NCBI GenBank assembly: GCA_963514005.1
Contig: OY740813.1
Span: 15,066,001 to 15,130,000 of the forward strand
Direction of reading: 5' to 3'
DNA from: Raja brachyura
Taxonomy: Eukaryota
Length of the DNA stretch: 64,000 nucleotides
Shown here piece by piece: positions 58,440 to 64,000 of the stretch; position 1 is the stretch's first letter, and the number at the start of each line of letters is the position of its first letter. The translations under genes and the position numbers were made by a program. The notes beneath the pieces are model-generated. The model ran no database searches, was not told where the DNA came from, and was given only the letters and a program-made list of their open reading frames with translations.

Positions 58440-59200
58440 TCATCTTCCACACCTCTTTAAGGACATGTCCAAGTACTTTTCAAATTAGATTAGGGTTTCT
58501 GCCTCAACTTTTAATCTAGTGTCTGGGTAAAATTAAACCCTTTGTCCTACATGCTTACCATTTTTAATTCCTATGCTATGGGAAATAAGACCTGCTATGG
58601 GAAATAAGACCTCCATCTAAAGCCCTCAGAATTTGATATACCTCAATTGTGTCACCCCACAAATGTTTCCGTTAAGAAAATAACTTGAATCTTATACAGT
58701 TATTCCTCATTGCTCCAAATTGCCAGTCCTGGCAGCATCCTCACAATCCTTCTCTGCACTCCCTCCATTACAACACATCCTTCCTGCAATTAGGTAACCA
58801 GAACTGTACGCATTGCACAAACCATACTTTAACTCGTGTCACATAAAGTTTTAGTATAACCTGGGGCTCCTGGCTTCTAGCTAATAAGGGAAAACATTCC
58901 ATCAGCCCATTTCACCATATTATTCACGTGTCTGCCATCTCTTCAGGATTTGTTCCTCCACACTTCCCAATATCTTCCCATTGATTGTGTGTTCCTTTGT
59001 CTGTTGATTCTCCAATACATTATCTCCAACTTCTCCAGAGAAAATTCTTTGTGAATTTCTGAGACCAACTTTAAAGCTTTCCAATGTATTGACAACCAGA
59101 GACTTATTTTTGTATCATCTGCAAACTACTTCATCATTCTCCCTGCTGTTAAATATAAATCATTAATTTAAAAAAAAGCATGGGCCAAGTGGTAGCAGTC
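58440..59200 (-). mobile_element. Old CR1 fragment
   Basis: ccagaactgtacgca; tatcatctgcaaact (FADD on the minus strand). Confidence 0.6.
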
Positions 59201-61164
59201 TTCCACTGGGGAAAAAAAATACCCATTTATCATTACCCTTTGCATTCTGTGTACCCATGTGCTTTATCCATTTGCTTGCCAGTCCATTGTGCTGGTTAGC
59301 ATTTCAACCATTGATAATGCACATAATTTTAAGTGTCTTGTCTTGAAGTGTCTTCAGGGAAGGGAAGGTCATGGATGTTGGGGTGGATTTGAAAATAAGC
59401 TATATGGTCTTGTGAACACTTGTATCCAATTCCAATTCGCGTCTAGACTGATGAAATAATAGGCTACACTGTATTGAGCCCTTTGGATATTTCTGTGTGG
59501 CTGTGGACCCACAGTACACTTAACCACTTCTAGCTAGTTCCCAATTAGCAATGTGACAGGGAGGCATGGATTGGAAAACTGCCGTAGTGGTCAATTTCTG
59601 CTATGCACGGTTGGAGAGGGAGGAAGTGGTATGTAAAGCAATAAGCCATACCTGAAATAAGGTAGCTAGAGAGTGAAAGTAAGTTCCAGGGATATGAAGT
59701 GTACTGGCCCCCATCACTGGGGAAAGGGGTATTCATCAAGGATGTTGTTATCTCTGCTATGTGTTTACCCAGGAAAATGTATGTGGTAAACTTCTAATTT
59801 TATGAATGCTCAAATTACTGTTCACGTTGCAATGATCATTTACTCAATAAGGATTAAATAGTTATTTAATGGAACAGGCTTGCTTCACACACAGCTTGGA
59901 TGCTGCATACATTTTTTTAATGTAACTGATACTAAGACTTCATTTCTGTGCCCTCAGGGGTGAATATGCCTCGACCTTGTAGCAACACTTTTTCTCAGGT
60001 TCGTTATTTTGACTCTTTGACCTATTAAATGTTAAAGTGACTGTAATTGTTGGTTTGCTTCTACATTTAATCAAGGCCGTAGAAAGTATTATCCAATGTC
60101 GACAAATGGACTTTATTCACACTTTGTTTAAAACAACGTTTAATTTTGCTTCTCTCTTAATATGTAACCTGAAATGTTACTGTCTTAACGGCTATTTTAA
60201 AGTTGCAATGTTCCCAATGGTCAACATCTCAGTAGGAGATTGAGATCTTCATAATAAGCCCATCTTTTTACATTTACCTCTTGTCAGAATAGTAACATCT
60301 GGCAATTTTATCTAAATAAATTGAAATGTTAGGAATAAATTGCAAAATTATTCATATTCTAAAGTGTTGATATCAGCGTGTGTTTTTATTTGCACCTCTT
60401 TCCTGTATGGAAACTAATGTGATTACATACACTTAATATTGCTTTTCCTCTTTCGCCTTCTGGCTTTTATATTTCTGCAATGATAATTTCAATTCTTGGC
60501 GTGATTCTGCAATGATAATTTCAATTGCTGCTGTATAAATTATCAAATATTCAGATGTCGGGAGTGATTCATCACCTCTGCTGTTGGTATGAAAACAAAA
60601 GGGCAGTATACTGATTTATACAGTGAATAATTCTAACTGTGACATAGGCCCTTGTGTGCAAATCAACCATCCTGTGTAAAATGAATTTGATGGGATATTG
60701 AAAGGAACAGTGCCTCCTACATTAACAAGGATAATTTGTGCAGAAATAGTTCACAAGTCACATCACAAGAAATAATGCAGAGATGTTACACCTTTAAAAA
60801 AAATGTGTTTATATTCGCAAAGGAAAATGATTAATTGCAGAGATACATTTCTGTTCCAGTCACCTACCTTTGTTCAGCTTGGCCATTTATCTATTGCTGC
60901 TGAATAAAATGAATTGGTCAGAATTACACAAAATATGGGAATTCAAAACACACAAATCCTACATATCAACCACATGGCAACCCAAGTTTCTGAATTTAAA
61001 GTTGTAAAATTACATATAAAATCTTCATCGGTAAACAAGATTTTCACTGAATTTTTAGTACCATGATTGTTATTTTATATGCAAACTGACCTTGGTGTTT
61101 GTTCTGCTTTGCTTCCACAAAATAGGCTTTGCTTCCTAAAATGTGTTCAGTATATTATGCCAAG

Positions 61165-61830
61165 TTAGATTGACCTAATCTGCCTGTACTTGATCCACAT
61201 CCCTCTATTCTCTGCACTTCCATGTGCCTATCTAAAAGCCTCTTAAAACACCATGATCATATTTGCCTCCACCCCCTGCAATGTGTTCCAGGCTCCCACC
61301 ACTTTGTTTAAAAATAAAACCTGCCGTGCTCACCTCACCTTATAGCTGTGCCCTTTGGCGTTGGACATTTCCACCTAGGAAGAAGGTTCTGACTGTCTAT
61401 CAGATCAATGTCTCTCATAATTGTACATACTACTATCAAGTCTCTCCTTAACCTCTGAGATTCCAGAGAAAACAATGCAAGTCTCTCTAACCTCTCCCTG
61501 CAGCTGAAAGCCTCTAATCGAGGCAACATTCTGGTAAACCTCTTTTGCACACTCTCCAAAACCTCCACTCTTTCCTATAATTGGGCAACCAGAATTACAG
61601 AATACTGCAAATGTGACCTAACCATAGTCCTATGGAACTGCATCAATATTTCCTGACTCTTATATTCAATGCTCCGACCAATGTAGGGAAGCATACCATA
61701 TGCCTTCTTTACCATCCTATCTACTTGTGCTGCCACCTTTATGAACTATGAACTTGGACTCCAAAGATCCCTTTGCACATCAATTTTGTTATTGGTCTTG
61801 TGATCGACTGTGTCTCCTTGCACTCAACAA
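61165..61830 (-). mobile_element. CR1 3' fragment
   Basis: ORF 61335..61568: LESVQKRFTRMLPRLE...RLRRDLI. Confidence 0.88.
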
Positions 61831-62473
61831 TGTAATAGGAACTTTATACATCCACACATAAATCATTCCTTATTCTCAGTTTTTGCATTCTTAACATTGG
61901 TTCTGATGCAGCTACATTGACTGAGATCTGCTAACTTAGCATTGGCCCAAAATTGAATTGGGAGCGTTCCTGAATGCACAACAGTGCACAGAGCCAATCT
62001 ATCCTTGTATCCATGAAGCATCTTACAATTATGAATCTGGATGATTGGTTTAATTTGAATCCCACTCTTTATTTTGAAAAACCGTGGAATCTAAGTAATT
62101 GTAGAATCAAAGAGTAGGGGGAAAGGGCAATGGTACTTGTCTTAAACCATATTGTGAAAATCTGGCAATTTAAACCTCCTGCAAATCATTAAATGTAATG
62201 TTACAATATCACTCAATAGTTAAATATCCAGATAACATCCAATTTTAAGGTAAATAAATTTATATTTTGCATTTGAAGCATTATAGAAATGCAAGTTCCT
62301 CATTTTCAGCTGAGCCCAAAACAAGATCAGAGGGAAAATGACACCAATGCATGAAGCTAGAGAGCAAAAATGTCAAGTAAAAGGACAATGTTCTGAGATG
62401 AATCAGCAAGATGAAAGCATTTCATTCAGTCTTTTGTGCCTGTTAAACAGATTTTCAAATCATTTTCAATGTT

Positions 62474-62700
62474 GGGACAGCACAATGCCACAACTTGTAG
62501 AACTACTGCCTCATAGCTCCACCTACATTGGTCAGTCTAATCTCCAGCAGTGTGTGTGGGTGGGTTTGCACATACTTTTTGTAACCATGTGGGTTTCCTC
62601 TGGGTGCTCGGGTCTCCTTCCACATTATCAATAATGTGTAGATTGGTTGATTAATTGACTACTGTAAATTCCCTCCAATATGCAAGTAGGTGGCAGAATC
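62474..62700 (+). mobile_element. Older V-SINE
   Basis: V-domain gtgggtttcctctgggtgctcgggtctccttccaca. Confidence 0.7.
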
Positions 62701-62714
62701 TTGGGGGGACATTC

Positions 62715-64000
62715 TAACACTGTACAGACCACCCAGACAGCTATCCTTATTCCATATAGAATTCTCTGGATTGATCTCACTGGTCATAATGAGATATGAC
62801 GGACTGATTTTAAATGGAGATTTTAACATTCATGTAAACAACAGCACAGACCTCAACGTGACAGAGTTTCTGAGCTTACTCGACACCCTCATCTTTACTC
62901 AACATGTAAACAAGGCCACTCACAAACATGGAAATACTCTGGACCTGGTGATATCCTGATGGTTAAAAATTGATAACATCCTGTTGTTTGATTTTACTGT
63001 TTCTGACCATTACTGTATGATTTTTTAAATGTATTTTTAAAGTTGTTCAGGCGTCCTTTGGAGTCTACATGTAAAAGGCACTTTTTTAGATCCAGCAGCA
63101 GAACTTAAATTTTCTGAGCTTGTAAGTACATTCGCTCCTCTCACCCAGGGAGATTCTGTTGACGAAATGATAAAAGCTTTCAACAGTAACCTAGCTACGA
63201 CACTTGATAAAGTTGCACCTTCTCAAGATTAAAAGGAAAGTGAGGGTTCAAACGGCTCCATGATTAAATAACTCTGTTCATACGTTTAAAAATCATGTAG
63301 AGTAGCCGAAAGAAAGTGGAGAAAAACAGGACTAGAAGTACATCTTGCCCTCTATAAAGAAACCATTGCTACTTATAATACTGTAAGATCTGCAAGGAGG
63401 TGCCATTTTTCTCAAATTACCGCAGAACATGGTGGAAATAGTAAGATTTTGTTCTCCACCATTGACAGATTACTAAACTCTGCTTCAACCCCTGATTTAT
63501 TTTTTTGAGCCAAGCTTCTGCTGAAAAATGTTTGCTGATTATTTTAAAGTTCAGACTATCAGAGCTGGTATCCCTTTAGATTCTACTGTCCTCTGCTGCC
63601 GGCCTAGTAAGGCGCAGGCAAAATGAGCAGTTTCATAAGTATTTCTACCTCAGAACTTTGTAAAATTGTGGCTGAGAACAAATCCACTACCTGTCATTTC
63701 GACACTGTTCCTACAACATTTGTTAAATAATCTTTTTAAGTTTATCCAGTTTTGTTCTTACAATTATAAATATCTCCCTTAGACTGGAATTTTCCCAGAT
63801 ACTTATGAGACCACTGTCGTAAAGCCTCTGTAAAATAAACCAAATGTAGACAGTGGGCTGCTGGGTAATTACAGACCCAAATCAAATCTACCCTTTATCA
63901 GCAAGGTCCTGGAGAAAGTGGTATTCAACCAAATGTAACACTTTCTGAATCGAAATGATATTTTAAAGAAATTTCAATCTGGTTTCAGAGCAAATTATAG
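62715..64000 (+). mobile_element. L2-clade LINE ORF2 remnant (APE endonuclease to RT start), frameshifted, runs off the window
   Basis: YRPP...GDFNIHV...TQHV..ATHKHGNTLDLV; later NYRPKSNLPFISKVLEKVV and FQSGFRANY. Confidence 0.88.

Noticed and set aside
58573-58612. Short tandem duplications (also at about 6080, 9843, 10724 and 60473)
   Set aside because: Ordinary slippage duplications of 12-33 bp with no evidence of function.

Overview
Vertebrate (eukaryotic) genomic DNA. The repeat content (HE1-type V-SINEs, CR1, Rex1/Babar, Penelope-like elements) points to a cartilaginous fish, most likely a skate or ray; this is an inference. Two genes lie head-to-head around a small CpG-rich promoter at about 30.1-30.7 kb. 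(1) KYAT1/CCBL1 (kynurenine aminotransferase 1) on the minus strand: 12 coding exons reconstructed by hand, 25983 to 6585, 1266 nt, 421 aa, all introns GT-AG and in phase. There is also a candidate upstream exon that would add a mitochondrial-leader-like N-terminus. (2) LRRC8A (VRAC/SWELL1 channel subunit) on the plus strand: CDS 54205-56370 plus 57048-57323, 813 aa, with candidate non-coding 5' exons. A G-rich 29-bp minisatellite of about 62 copies with higher-order structure begins about 100 bp into LRRC8A intron 1. The rest is intronic or intergenic and rich in TE fragments: CR1, Rex1/Babar, L2, V-SINEs, Harbinger and hAT MITEs, and many Penelope-like pseudo-LTRs carrying minimal hammerhead-ribozyme-like cores, several in fold-back arrangements. 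I found no clear evidence of a wholly new biological system. The best leads are the hammerhead/Penelope structures, the promoter-proximal G-rich VNTR and the alternative 5' exons. Most ORFs in the ORF track are TE fragments or repeat artefacts, and TE boundaries are approximate.
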